NCBI GenBank assembly: GCA_051453625.1
Contig: JBOZIK010000001.1
Span: 21,111,764-21,166,450, forward strand
DNA: 54,687 bases
Reading direction: 5' to 3'
Origin: Welwitschia mirabilis
Taxonomy: Eukaryota
Shown: piece after piece, positions 36,830-49,249 of the stretch
Layout: every line of letters starts with the position of its first letter
Position numbering within the stretch: position 1 is the stretch's first letter
The notes under the pieces: model-generated
Seen by the model: the letters and a program-made list of their open reading frames with translations, nothing else
The model's database searches: none
What the model was told of the DNA's origin: nothing
Made by a program: the position numbers and the translations under genes

Positions 36830-39800
36830 GTTAAAGGTTGTATCAAAAGGGTTTTCATATATTTTCAACTTTTATTCATTAACTTTTTAAATTTTCCTAT
36901 TATTTAAGTTGGAAATCTCAATGGAGCCATGCAAATGTACTTTATTTATAAGACAAGGATATAACCATTTAGAGGTTAACTTTTTATGCAAAAGATGGAC
37001 TCTAATGTTGTATAAAAGAACAAGTTAACTAGGTTAAAACTTTTTATAAAGTATTTTTTTTCATGTTTGGACTTAGCTTGGAAGAATAATAAGAGTTAAA
37101 TAAAAATCAATTGATAAAACACAAAATTTTCTATACACAAGTTCATAAGGTAAAAAACTAAGAGAATTATGTTAATTAGTGTAGTAAGCCTAAAGAACAT
37201 TGTTAATCTTAGAAGTTCAAGATTTCTTATTAATGAAAATAAGTTTTTGAAGCATTTTATTTATTTCTCTATTTGTATTTTCAGCTTAACCATTAGTTTG
37301 TGGATGATAAGCATAAGCTACTCTATGTTTAATTCCAATGGATAAAAGAAGTCTCCTAAAAAGATGATTTTCTAAAATGAGTTCTTTAATCAATAATGTT
37401 AATTCTATAAAAATCAAAACATTAAAAAATATGAGTTCTGACAAAATTGCAAATAGTTTAGGCATCATTCATACTTTAACTCATTTAGTTACCTAATCAA
37501 TAGATACTAAAATGTAATTCTCATCATTAGAAGATGGTCTAATAGGGCTTACAAAATCAATTCCTAATAATTAAAAGGTTTACATTTAAGAATAATTTTA
37601 AGGGGCATATCATGAAAATGAATAAGGCTATCATAATGTTGATAAGCATCATACCTTCTAGCAAAATGAAAAGAGTCCTAAAAAAATTAGGCCAATAAAA
37701 AATAGAGTGAAGAATTTTGATTGTTGTTTTCTATCCACTAAAATAACCTTCATAAAAATCATTATAATAGATATGAAGGATGTTTAATTTTTCCTATTCA
37801 AGCACACATTTTCTCATGATTTGGTCTTTGCACCTATAGTAAAGATGTGGGTCTATTAATTCATAATCACCTTTTCTATGGAGAAAGGTTTTTTTTGATT
37901 ATGACTCTAATGTTGTAATGTTTTCATGGTAATAAGATAATTAACTATGTCAGCATACTAAGAAAGATAAAGAGTTGATGACATGGTAAAAAGTTATTTA
38001 TCTAGAAAGGAATAATCAATCATAAGATTATCAAGAGAAGAATAAAGACGTGACAAATGGTCTACTATAATGTTATATTTTCTTTCTTTATTAATAATGG
38101 TAAGATTAAATTCTTGCATGAGGAGGATCCATATAATAAGATAATCACTAGAATCTTTCTTGGTCATGAGGAATCTAATAGCTACATAATTGATATAAAA
38201 ATTCATATAAAAAGATTATCAAGGCAAAAAATTAGTAGTAGTGTAATTTGATTGAGCTCTAGATAAAGTTTTTCTATGATAAGATATAACTTTAAAATCA
38301 TTTTTAAAATTTTATCTAAGAATCCAACCCAAGATAATATTACTAGTATTATACATTATATCCTAATTAGGTCTTATTATAATAAGTGCAAAAGAGATTT
38401 TATCTTTCAGTGTTTCAAAAGTAAGTTGACAAGATTAATTCTATTTAAATTTAGCTCCTTTTTCAAGTAGTATGTAAATTAGCATAATTCTAAATAAAAT
38501 ATCAATAAAAACCACAATGACCAATGAAAGATAGAAATTGTTTTACATTTATTGGAGAGTTGGGTTTTTAATGGTTCTTAATTTTTCAACATCCATTCTA
38601 ATTCTCTTACTAGAAATGTGGTGACTTAAGATAATTCCATCATTAACTAGAAAGAAACTCTTCTCCTAACTCAAATGTAGGCCACTCTTAATGCATCTAT
38701 TAAGGACTTTTATTATCAAGAACTTTTTCTAACCTTTTTAAGATTTGTTCAAAGTTTTTATCAAAGATTAACAAGTCATTCATAAAAATTTCAATTGAAT
38801 CCTCTAATATATTAGAAAAGATACCTATCATTACACATTAAAAAGTACTAAAAGAATTACAAAGTCCAAAAAATAGGTGTCTAAAAATAAAAGTTATAAA
38901 AGATGAAGTAAAATTTATTTTTCTTGATCCTCACTAGATATGCAAACTTGATTGTAATTACTATACCCATCCAAAAAGAAGTAAAAGTCATGTACTTGGA
39001 TTCTATGAAGTATTTGGTCAAGAAAAGATAAAGGACAATGGTTTTTTTTTGGTTATTTCATTTATCTTTTTAAAATTAATACACATTATTCACTTTCAAA
39101 ATTTTTTAGGCACTACTATTAAAGGGATAATCCATTCATTATTAGCTATGGCATAAATAATTTTAGCATCCATTAATTTAATGATTTCATATTTTATGAA
39201 TTGTTTAAGAGTTAGGTTTAATCTACATTAAGATTACTTAACATTTTACATTATCCTCAAGATAGAATTTATCTTGAACAATAGAAGTAGAAATGGTTGT
39301 TAAATCTTTATGGATCTAAGCAAATGCATTAATCTAAGAATTTAAAAGTGAGATTAAAATTGATTCTTATTAAGGAGAAAGATTCTTAATTATTATCAAT
39401 GATTTATTATGATCATTACACAAAAAGATATATTTCATTTAGATTTAAATTCATATTTTTAGTTTATATTAATTTTTCCTTAGAGTTGACTATCATCTCT
39501 GACCATCATCCAGATGATAGGGGTGGATGACCTCCATTAAAATATGGAATCTCAATTGTTTTCAGATGTTGGACTTCTTCACAGATTACAATTTTAGTTT
39601 TTTCATTCTTTTGATTAAAACAGTTAGTTTCTAAATGTTCATAGTCAAGTTCATCATAATTAAAAGCTTTCAAATTTTCTATTTTAACTAGATCATCATA
39701 CAATGTAGGCTTATGAAGCATTAACTATCTCTCTTCAAGTGGATGATGCTGTAAAAATAATGTTGGCTTAATTTCTTTCTTTATGTTCCACTCATTACTT

Positions 39801-42050
39801 AGGTATTTTTTAGTAACATTAAAAACTCTTATGATAAATGTTTTATTTTCTAAGTAACACTCTATCATTCTAGTTATTATATCAATAACACAATAGACTA
39901 TTGCATAAATAGTCTACCTAGAAGTAGTGGATAAACTCCATTATGCTCAACTTCAATCACAACTACATCTATTGGATAGAATGCTTCCTCAATTTAAATC
40001 ACCAAATCTTTTATTACTCCTANNNNNNNNNNNNNNNNNNNNNNNNNNNNNNNNNNNNNNNNNNNNNNNNNNNNNNNNNNNNNNNNNNNNNNNNNNNNNN
40101 NNNNNNNNNNNNNNNNNNNNNNCCTCAATTTAAATCACCAAATCTTTTATTACTCCTAAAGATTTCTTCATTGATGTATTTGCTAATTCTAAAATAATAT
40201 GTGTAAACTCAATTTAAATTTCCAAATCAAGTCTTTGATAAATGTGTAAAGGTATAATATTAACACTTGCTCCTATATTAATCAAGAATTTCCTAATTCT
40301 TTTATTTTCTTCTAATGTTATACTAATTATTTCTACCCTAAGATCCTTAAATTTTAAACATTTTTACAAAATTAAGTTGATTATAGATTAGGCTAGGAAG
40401 AATTTATTAAGTATGGTTCATTTTTATTTCCTTATAATTAGGTCTTTTGATATCTTATAAAATTTAGGATTTTCTTGTAAGAGTTTCCAAAATGGTAAAT
40501 TTATGCTCACATCTTGCATTAAGGCTTTAAGATGATCATCAAAGGTAGGATTGATATTTAATCTATTAAGCTAAGAAGTAGCAACTTTCTTTCCTTTATC
40601 TTCAGAAGAATTTTTCTTATTAAGCTTATCACTTAAAGGAGAATTGAAGGTATGATTTTATAAGATTTCAATATCCTTCTCTTCTTCTTCATCTTTCTTA
40701 TGATTTTTAGAAGTTGAAGTCATGCATAAAAGTTCTTATTTCATTTTCACTTTTACTCAGAATCTTACAATCTTTTCTTATTTTATTAGGGTTTGGTAGG
40801 GGTTGTGTTACAAGTGACCCTTATGATCTTTGATTTTGCAAGCATAGTTTGTTAAAGAACATTCACTAGTTTTTCAATGTTTGAGTTTGTCTTCTCTCGA
40901 GATTTTTTAATTCATTAATGGAATTTCTAAATGGATCATTTTGATTTTAAGAACTTGATGTGCTTACTTGATAATTTAAACTACTTGGCTAGAAGTAAGA
41001 GTTGTTTGATTGAACGTTAGCATTTTTAAATCTATTTCTAGATGATTGCAAATTTAGATGATTTATTTGAAATTTCTTGAATTCATTTTCAAAAGATTGA
41101 AAATTAGGTTGTCCATTCATACTAGATTGGAATTGGTTTTGATTTTGGTTTTGATTTCTAAAGTTTGAAGACTTTTAATTAAAACCACATAGTTCTTTAT
41201 AAATTTTCTCTTTATAAGTTGGTAATAAAGGACATTCTTTGATCATATAAGACTTGTCTTCACACAAACCCCAAGTTGGAATACATTCTTTTTGGTTGTG
41301 ACTTTTGCATCTAAAATCATTTAAGTATACTTTTCAAATGTTATTATGAAATCCTTAATTATATTTGTTGGTTTTTTTTTTGTTTTCACTTTATACTTTT
41401 CTTATTTTACTTCCTTAAGATCTTATATGATTTGTCTTATTTAGATGTTGATTTAGGCTATGTTTGACTTACTTCCACTAATACATCCAATAACCTCCAT
41501 GCATTTTCTACAGTAAAATTCATTAAATTTCCATCATATGAAAAATCTACCATTTTTTAGTTTGACTATTTAATCCACTATAGAAATATTCTATTAATTC
41601 TTTCTAAGTAGAAGTATCAATGGGATTAGAATAAATTGCAATAAAAAATTATTCATAAGTAGTGGCATAATCTTCATCAGGTTGTTGTTGAAACTTTGTT
41701 ACCTCTTTCCTTCTTTTTATTATTATTGTTTAGCTGATATATCTTTTATAAAGGCTTCTTGAATTTGGTTCCATATTTTTAATCTTTTATTTGGGTAATT
41801 ATTAAATGTAATGACAAAGATAACTATGTGAGTAGGACCACTAATTAATTTTTTATTAGTTCCTGAAGTAAACACTAATTGTTCGATGTTAGCTATATGT
41901 TGAAGGGGATATTTCTCATTTTCTCCATTAAAAATAGAATACATGTTTAGATTTTTTAATTCAACATCATCATTAGGAGGTAGATTAAAAGGATTTTGGA
42001 TTTCATGCTTTCATTTGTAATTAGTTCTTTAAGAGTGACATTAGCATTTA
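36830..42050 (-). pseudogene. Athila gag-pol pseudogene
   Basis: gag FNGENEKYPLQHI (track ORF 41723-41944); protease FLINIGASVNIIP (~40250-40290); RT FFLDGYSNYNQ (~38950-38980) and EIFMND (~38775-38792); RNase H IMYNTSNIILG and IWILLMQEFNLTI...VDHLSRL (37994-38206); integrase HRVAYAYHPQTNG (37286-37468). Confidence 0.92.
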
Positions 42051-42790
42051 GATTTACGAGGCAGTAGAGGTTCCTATCATGATAGAGAAATAAGATGATT
42101 CTAATTGTTTCTATTTTTGCATAGAACTACATCTTGTAATAAAACTATTTGCTTCTCAACTTTCTTTTAAAAGATTTTCTTTGAAAAAATTACATTTGAA
42201 ATAATAAATGCCAAAAAAATCTTCTTAGTTAATTCTTGGAATGTTTTGCATAGCTAGGTGTGTGTACTTAGGTTTTGTTCATAGTTGATCAAACGTTCTT
42301 ATATGTTTTATTTGATTGGTAGATGATCTCTTTGATACTTCGTATTTTTACCAAAGTTTACCATATCTCAACATTTTTATTTCTATTTTTATAGATGTCA
42401 TCTCTATGGTTGTTTAGACAATAAACTTGAATGACGTAAGATACAAAAAACCCAAAAAGAAAAAAAAACAAAAAAATAGAATTGCAAAAATTAAACAAAA
42501 TGAAAACTAATAGTCATCCTCTGAATTGTCTAGATGATAGAAGGAATGATAGGAAAAACCCTAGTTCTTATGAAAAGGAGAAACACTAGTTTCATGGGCC
42601 ATTGTCATCTTGCATCATCTGGATGACAAGGGGAACAATAAGATGTTATTTTTAGAACACAAATAGGAAAATGTGGAAAGAAAAACCTATGGTTCTATTA
42701 TAAAGATACAATGCTATTGTAGATAAATACCTAAATCAAAATTCAAACTACTTATCTAAGCAACAATAATCCTCCAACTTCAAATAGCCA

Positions 42791-42811
42791 TCCCTGACAC
42801 TAATACTAAGA
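42791..42811 (-). promoter_or_regulatory. Decayed tRNA-Asp PBS of element B
   Basis: Reverse complement TCTTAGTATTAGTGTCAGGGA versus TTTTGGCGCCGTTGCCGGGGA, mostly C>T/G>A differences, adjacent to the LTR. Confidence 0.7.
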
Positions 42812-43945
42812 TGTTGCACTGCGCATTTATGCAACATTATGTCCTTAGTTAAATCATGTCAATATTAAATACAATACACTACTATAAATGGGAGTGAATC
42901 AGAATGTTATAATTTTGTCAAAGGCATAGGTGAGAAGAAAGAGAATTTATTTCAAAAAAAAAATACTAATGTACTTCCTAAGTAGAACAAAATAATAATG
43001 TAAATAAAAACACTATGCAAAGGAGCTATAAAACTAATCTAAACACCTATTTGATTATCAAATTAACCTATAATGGAGATTGATCCTATATAATCTAGAT
43101 CAATTAAGAAAAGCTACAACCAAACTGAAATCAACCTAAGCTATTAGGTGCATCAGACATAATATGAAAACAATGAAAAGTTAATCTAGGAAATGAAATG
43201 CAATGCATCTAAACTATTAATATCAACCTTGATGAAGATTGTCCTCATGATATATATTACAAATAAAGGTTTCATAGAATCACAAGAAACATAAACCATA
43301 AGGAAGATGCACATAATAAAAGAAATAAAAAGAAAAATAGGACTTTCATTATATTCAAAGTAGTATTACAACGTAGCAGTACCTTAATGAAGGATACACA
43401 ACCCAACACCAAGAATGGTGTCTGTCTATAGCTACAAGGATTGATCTCCTATTCTTTAATCTCTTGTCATGAGAATTTTTGATGTTAAAGAAGATAAAGT
43501 TAGAGTTAATAATGAAATAGGTATTTATTATAAACAAAAACTCTAAAAATAGCAAACACTAATAGACATGATAAAACCCTAATAGATGCACAAGAAGGTA
43601 CATGAAACATAGTAAAATTTTAATGAAGTTTGATGAACTATTATTTTTTGATGTTATGATACTGGTCATTTACATGTTACAAGAGATATTTCCACATCAT
43701 ATAGAATCCACATTAGCCACCAGATTGGTCTCGTAGGTGTTTAGTTAACATGAGTTCTTTTTTCATCTATACTATCATCTATATGATTAGGTGGATGATG
43801 GACTTTGTAAAGATGTTTCTTGTGTTATATCAACCTCTTTAATTATAGGATTTTTGCTTTAGATAGGAAGAATTACAATTTACCTCAAATTCTATTAAAT
43901 GTAATGAATATTGCATGTTCTCATGACATTTGCCTTATCTCTTCA
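42812..43945 (-). repeat. 5' LTR of element B, outer end truncated
   Basis: Homologous to 31562-~32720. The last ~90 bp seen in the 3' LTR are absent. Confidence 0.88.
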
Positions 43946-44074
43946 AATTTATGTTTAATTTTTATTTTTGATCCTTGACATCAAAAGTGGTTAATTTAAG
44001 AATTAAATCTTTAAAAAATTCATGAAAACACACTTCAAATCATATGTTAATTATAACAAGTTAGCTACTTGTTA
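43945..44074 (-). repeat. Outer remnant of an element C LTR
   Basis: Aligns to ~28250-28376 (ATCCTT.ACA...ACACACT.CAAATCAT.TGTTAA...AAGTT.G). Confidence 0.6.
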
Positions 44075-44149
44075 CTCATATAAAGTTTACGTGTTATTGA
44101 TGGATTCATTTAATGATATGCTAAATGGAGAATTTTTCAAACCAAGATA

Positions 44150-44800
44150 ACTTAATCTATAATATGCCATCTAAAGAGGAAACTTAGTTTCTCCTCTATC
44201 ATAATATTAAAAATGATTTTTTAGACCTTAAAAATCAGAAATACCAAAAGGATTTTATATAAGGATGTATATAGACTTATTGGTTAAAAATCCTTGGTAT
44301 CATCTACACTAACTTTCTTTTAGATAAGAATCATCTTCATAATATTCCATGCACTAAAAATGTATGTTTTCTATCAAACTTTGATAACCATATATATAAT
44401 TATTAATGTTGTATTAATATTACATGGAAAAACCCAAGGGAAATCTGTTCATGCTTGAAGCTTTATCCTTTAACATAGAACATAATATTTTCTGAATTTT
44501 CTTAAGCATGGAATAATGATTTAATTATTGTTTATCTTGGGTTAAGAGTTTTTAATTTATATAACTCATTACCTAGATGATTTTGGCATGATGCTAAGTC
44601 TTAATAAGACCTATGTACCAATGTAAAGAATATCATCAATATGTTTCTAAGATAATTTTAAAACATTTTTCCTATTATTAATGGCTATAATATTATTTTT
44701 ATTTTTACACACAATTGGATTAGAGTGGAAGAGTTTAATATCTTCATTATCAAATAAAAGCTAATTTAGTTTAGACCACTAATACTAGTAAAAACATTCA
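44150..44800 (+). pseudogene. Possible LINE 3' fragment (RNase H-like)
   Basis: INITWKNPRE (~44412; cf. NTDGA.KGNPG) and HYQIKANLV (~44745; cf. HVYREANQVAD). Highly degenerate. Confidence 0.35.
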
Positions 44801-45750
44801 TGCCTTTAAATATCATAGTTGTCTTTTAAAGTTTACCATTTCAACTATGTTAACTATTTATTTAAACCATTTACTAGCATCTAGTCTTAAGAAAAATGGA
44901 TTTCTATTATTAAATATTACTTTATCTTCTTTTAATTTAATGGATATTTATTTTGCAATTAATAGTTATTTTTTTGATCTCCTTATGAAATTGAGTAGAA
45001 CTTGTCATTTGAACCTATTAAACTAAGTTAGTGATGTCTATAATTGCAAGTAATTTAAATTAGTAATCTTACTAACTAAATATTTGTAAATCCCACTAAT
45101 ACTACTNNNNNNNNNNNNNNNTTCAAATATGATAATAATCTTTCAAATACCATCATTCCTACTACATTATTTCTTTTATCCTAACCATCCACTAGTATCT
45201 AAGCTTGAATAGAATGGATCTTTGCTATTAAATCTTTCTTGTTTTCCATTTAGTTTAATGAATTATTTAATTTTTGATTGATAATTACTCATCTAATTTT
45301 CTTAATATTAATAAGAATTTAGAATTGAGAAGTCCTACCATCTAAATCTACTAAATGGAGCTAATTGAGTCTCTAATTATAAGGTATTTAAACTATTAAT
45401 TTTTTCATCTAAATATTTTTATATCCTAATGACATTAGTAAAGAAATCCATGCTGTTGAATATCATGGTAATATCTTAAAGCCTAACATCCCTACTATGT
45501 TAGCTCTTTATTTTAAGCATCCATTAGCATTTAAGCTAGAGCGAAATGGATCTTTGCTATTAAAGATTACTATTTTTTCTTTCACTTTAATTGATTATTT
45601 ACATTCCAATTAATAATTATTTATCTGGTTTTCTTAAGCTTAATAAAGATTTGTAATTACATAGAACCTACTAAATTGAGTCAATAATATCTCAAAGTTT
45701 ATGTAATTTTTACTAGTAATTGTCTAACTAAATATTTTCAAAGTTATCTC
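44800..45750. repeat. Three tandem degenerate ~320-330 bp units
   Basis: Anchors A.TAG.AT.TA.....AATGGAT.T.T..TATTAAA at ~44872, ~45191 and ~45523. Each unit ends ...CTAAATATTT. Confidence 0.75.
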
Positions 45751-46249
45751 TAGTGGAGTATTTTAAAATAGAATTAATTAATGAGGATAACTTACATGTG
45801 TTAGTTAATGCATCAAATAGAAGAAAAATTAATTTTTCCATTGTTGATTGATCATGAACTGATCTAGCCTACAAGAAATTTTATTTACACTTCCTCTTAA
45901 ACTTGTTTAAGTAAGATGATCTTAGAGGATTAGAACATTAATAAGATTAAGTTTATCTACTTATTCTTTAAAACAATCAATCTTAGTATTCTAGTGCTAA
46001 TATTTATTAATTTTATCTTCTACAATAAGGATATAAATAAAATATTTAGCAAGTAGTGCTACTTTATTTATGATTAAAAAAATTGTTTAGGGAGATCAAC
46101 TAAAAAATGAATTTCATCTTATAGATGAATATGATCATATATATTAATTAAAATCAACTTGGAGTTTACCTCAAGACAATGATGAACTTATTTTACTAGA
46201 CCATCTTCATAGATCATTTAATCCTCCATATTACCTAGATAGCTCTAAA

Positions 46250-47050
46250 GCACTTATAAATGAGTTGAAAAACAAAATTCATAATTAAAAAAGATTCTGA
46301 ATTAAAGTAATTTTTTATTCCTCTAATGCCTTACTTTTTTGAAGGCATGTAAAATCTAAGTTTTTTAATCCTAATAAAAATGCATGCTGTCATGGTATAA
46401 GGTTTTTGTAACCTATTATATTCCAACTCAACACCCTTATTCTTAATAGGATAATAGATTTCTCTATGTCATTTCTTCATTGAACTCATTTAGTTAAGTG
46501 GGTTTTCTTTATAAGTAATTCTTCTTTAAATTTATTACCCATTATTAGTGGTCAAGGTTTTAAATTTGATGTTAAAATGCTCAAGGAATAGACTGCTTAT
46601 ATAACTAGATTAAACATTTTTTTAATCTTCTAAGAGGAAGTCTTTAAGGATTCTTAAAATTTTAGAGCTAATTCACACTGAGGCCTATATACTTTTATGA
46701 TTATGGATTTTGGACTTACATAAATGAAATGATTACCATATCATTTAAATAAAATATTGAATATTTTCTAGTATTGATATATGATAAAACTTGAATACCA
46801 AAGGTATCTTGAGGCTTATATTTTCATTACATGATAAATCCAATTAAATTAAAGGAAAACCTTATGATCTCTAAAATCAAAAATGTTGATAAACTTCTAA
46901 AACCTAAAACCATATATAGGTTTATCCTTTAAACTTATTATGTGATCAATAAAGACACAAAACATCCTAAGGGTGAAAAATTCATTCTAGTTCAATAAAA
47001 TCTATAACTTTTTAAAGAGAGTAATAGCATTCATGCATAGAGTTATAATA
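46250..47050 (+). pseudogene. Possible LINE ORF1 remnant
   Basis: GFFFIS-like stretch at ~46500 and YIGLSFK at ~46913 followed by a decayed zinc-knuckle-like stretch. Weak. Confidence 0.3.
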
Positions 47051-47317
47051 AAAAGTTTAAATATATTTTATAATCCTGTAGATTCGTATATGGTACTTCC
47101 AAGAGTGGAATTACCTCTTTTTCTAGAAACTTTATTATATTATTGATGAAATATTATTTTCAAAATAAATACTAAAAATATTATAAAGTAATGCTTAAAA
47201 AAGATAGAAAATTGGGATGCTATTCAATCTAAAGTAAGCTTAATATCATTAAATTTAAAACAAAGGTTTACTAAAGTGCTAGTAAAGACTGTTAAAGTAG
47301 AAAATTAGGATGCTATT

Positions 47318-49200
47318 TGTTCATGGCTTATAGTGAACTAGATTTAAAGCTAAGTTTGCACTTATATATCATTCTTCCTCATGGATAACATGAATAGTGG
47401 TTTAGAATTACATTATCTTAAACTTTAATGCAAGTACAAATTTTAAGGAAAAAAAGGGGAGAGGTGAATTTTGAGTTTTGTTTTGAACTTTGTATTGAGA
47501 GAAGAGGGAAGAAAACTAGATCCAAGGTAATATCAATTCTTTCTTAAGCAATCATTTACTCTAATGTTATCCAATTGCCTTCTTGCAACATACTTAAACC
47601 ATGAAATTTTTTTGGCTTAAATCATGGTGATATTATCTCATTCACCACATGAGTAATGATGAACTCAATTTTCACTTTATTTTCAAAGCCTAAAGTAATA
47701 ATATAAAGTAAGAACCTAATATTTAAAATCTATAAAATTAAATAACTTGAACCAAACATTATAAGAGCTCATTCAAAATGCAGTAAAGTTTAATTATTAA
47801 AGTAGTTACTTAAGCATTCTGATTATAATGCTATTCATAAATGGAAATAAAAATGTAATAAATTTTGTAATGCAAAAAGGAATAACTTTATAACAAAGGA
47901 AGAAAGATGTAAGAAGAACTCCTCAACAATCCTCAAAGACTAGCTTACTATTCCAAAGAGTTGCTTAAAAAGCCATTGTAATTGATGCTATAAGGTTCTA
48001 CAGTTTTCCAAAGCCAAAGATGATACAATAAAAAGTGTTCAAGACTTTTTATAGGGAGAAATGAGTGTAAGCGATGGTAAGACTTAGGAAGAATCATTGA
48101 TATTTCTTTTATTGAAAATTATAAAATTAATCTAAGAGAAAGAAAAGGACTAGCTATAGTTAAAAGCTAAGGGAAAGAAAAAACTAACTGTAGTGAAATA
48201 ATGCTATGTGAAAGATCTATTAATAAAAATCTTTTTATGCCTTAGGAGTTATTTCTCAAGAGAAAAGGTTATGAAGTGAAGTAAAGTGATGTGGAGTAAA
48301 ATGGAGATGGTATCTGTGTTAAATGGAGTAAATCATAAAGTGTTAAATAAATAAGTGAAATATTTTAAGTTAATAACCCTCATTATAGTTTTGTATTTTT
48401 AGTGGATTATGACATTAACCAAGCATAGTTTTGATGAAGTAACTCATATGAGTTTAAGAAATTGCTGCAAATCTAATGAAAGTTAAGAGATAGCAGTTCA
48501 TATAAAGCCTTTGATTTTCATTCTTTGTAATTCCTTTATTTTCTATTTATACCTTTACATATGTTCTTAGCTTTAAGATTTTAAAACACATTAAGCATCT
48601 AGTATTATGTCATTTTTTGCCAACAAAGTTAAGCATGTTATTTTATGTAGAAATTAGTACTACATTACTAGTAAGCATTTATAGCCCTAATGTAGTTGAG
48701 CATGTCACAATTAAATCATTAGAGATATATTTCTAGTAGAAGTCTATAGCTTTGATGTAGTTAACTAAACCCAACTAAGTAATTAATGTGATGTGATTTT
48801 GGAAAAGAGATATATTATTTTCTTTTCTTCTCTACTTATACTTATTTTTATGCACATTAGGGATCCCTCACGCATTAGTCTAGTTAAGATAATCTTATCC
48901 CCATCAAAGGTTTTATACTTAAGGAACACCTATAATGGTAAATTACACCTTTTTCAATCATGTTTTTCCAAAAATAGAGATTCTAAGTGAAAATACATTC
49001 TTTAACTAATAGACTTAGAATAAGCATACGTTTTCTTAAAAACCCATAAGTAAACTTGATCTTAACCATTACTTAAGTAATATCAAGATCAATTTATTAT
49101 TGATTTTTATTTAAGGGCCATTAACATAGATTATTAAGCCTCATAAATTCATAAGTTACTAGAATAGATAAATGAGAGTACCTTAGATAGTGTTCATTGA
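47318..49200 (-). mobile_element. Family A-related 3' LTR (47318-~48070, inner part deleted) and 3' non-coding region
   Basis: Reverse complement matches the family A LTR (e.g. TGAATGAGATAATATCACCATGA vs ~13783) and ends CATGAACA. 48200-49150 matches 11480-12480. Confidence 0.8.
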
Positions 49201-49249
49201 GTTTGAATAGTTGATGGTTTTTAGGATTTTCTATGAGAAATACTCCATA

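Larger units (their letters stand above)
31562..43945 (-). mobile_element. Near full-length degenerate Athila-type Ty3/Gypsy element (family B)
   Basis: LTR pair, decayed tRNA-Asp PBS, gag-PR-RT-RH-INT order on the minus strand, env-like ORF and PPT. Confidence 0.9.

Noticed and set aside
39987..40158. ~36-bp direct repeat around a 100-N gap
   Set aside because: Contig-overlap artefact. ORFs spanning the Ns are meaningless.
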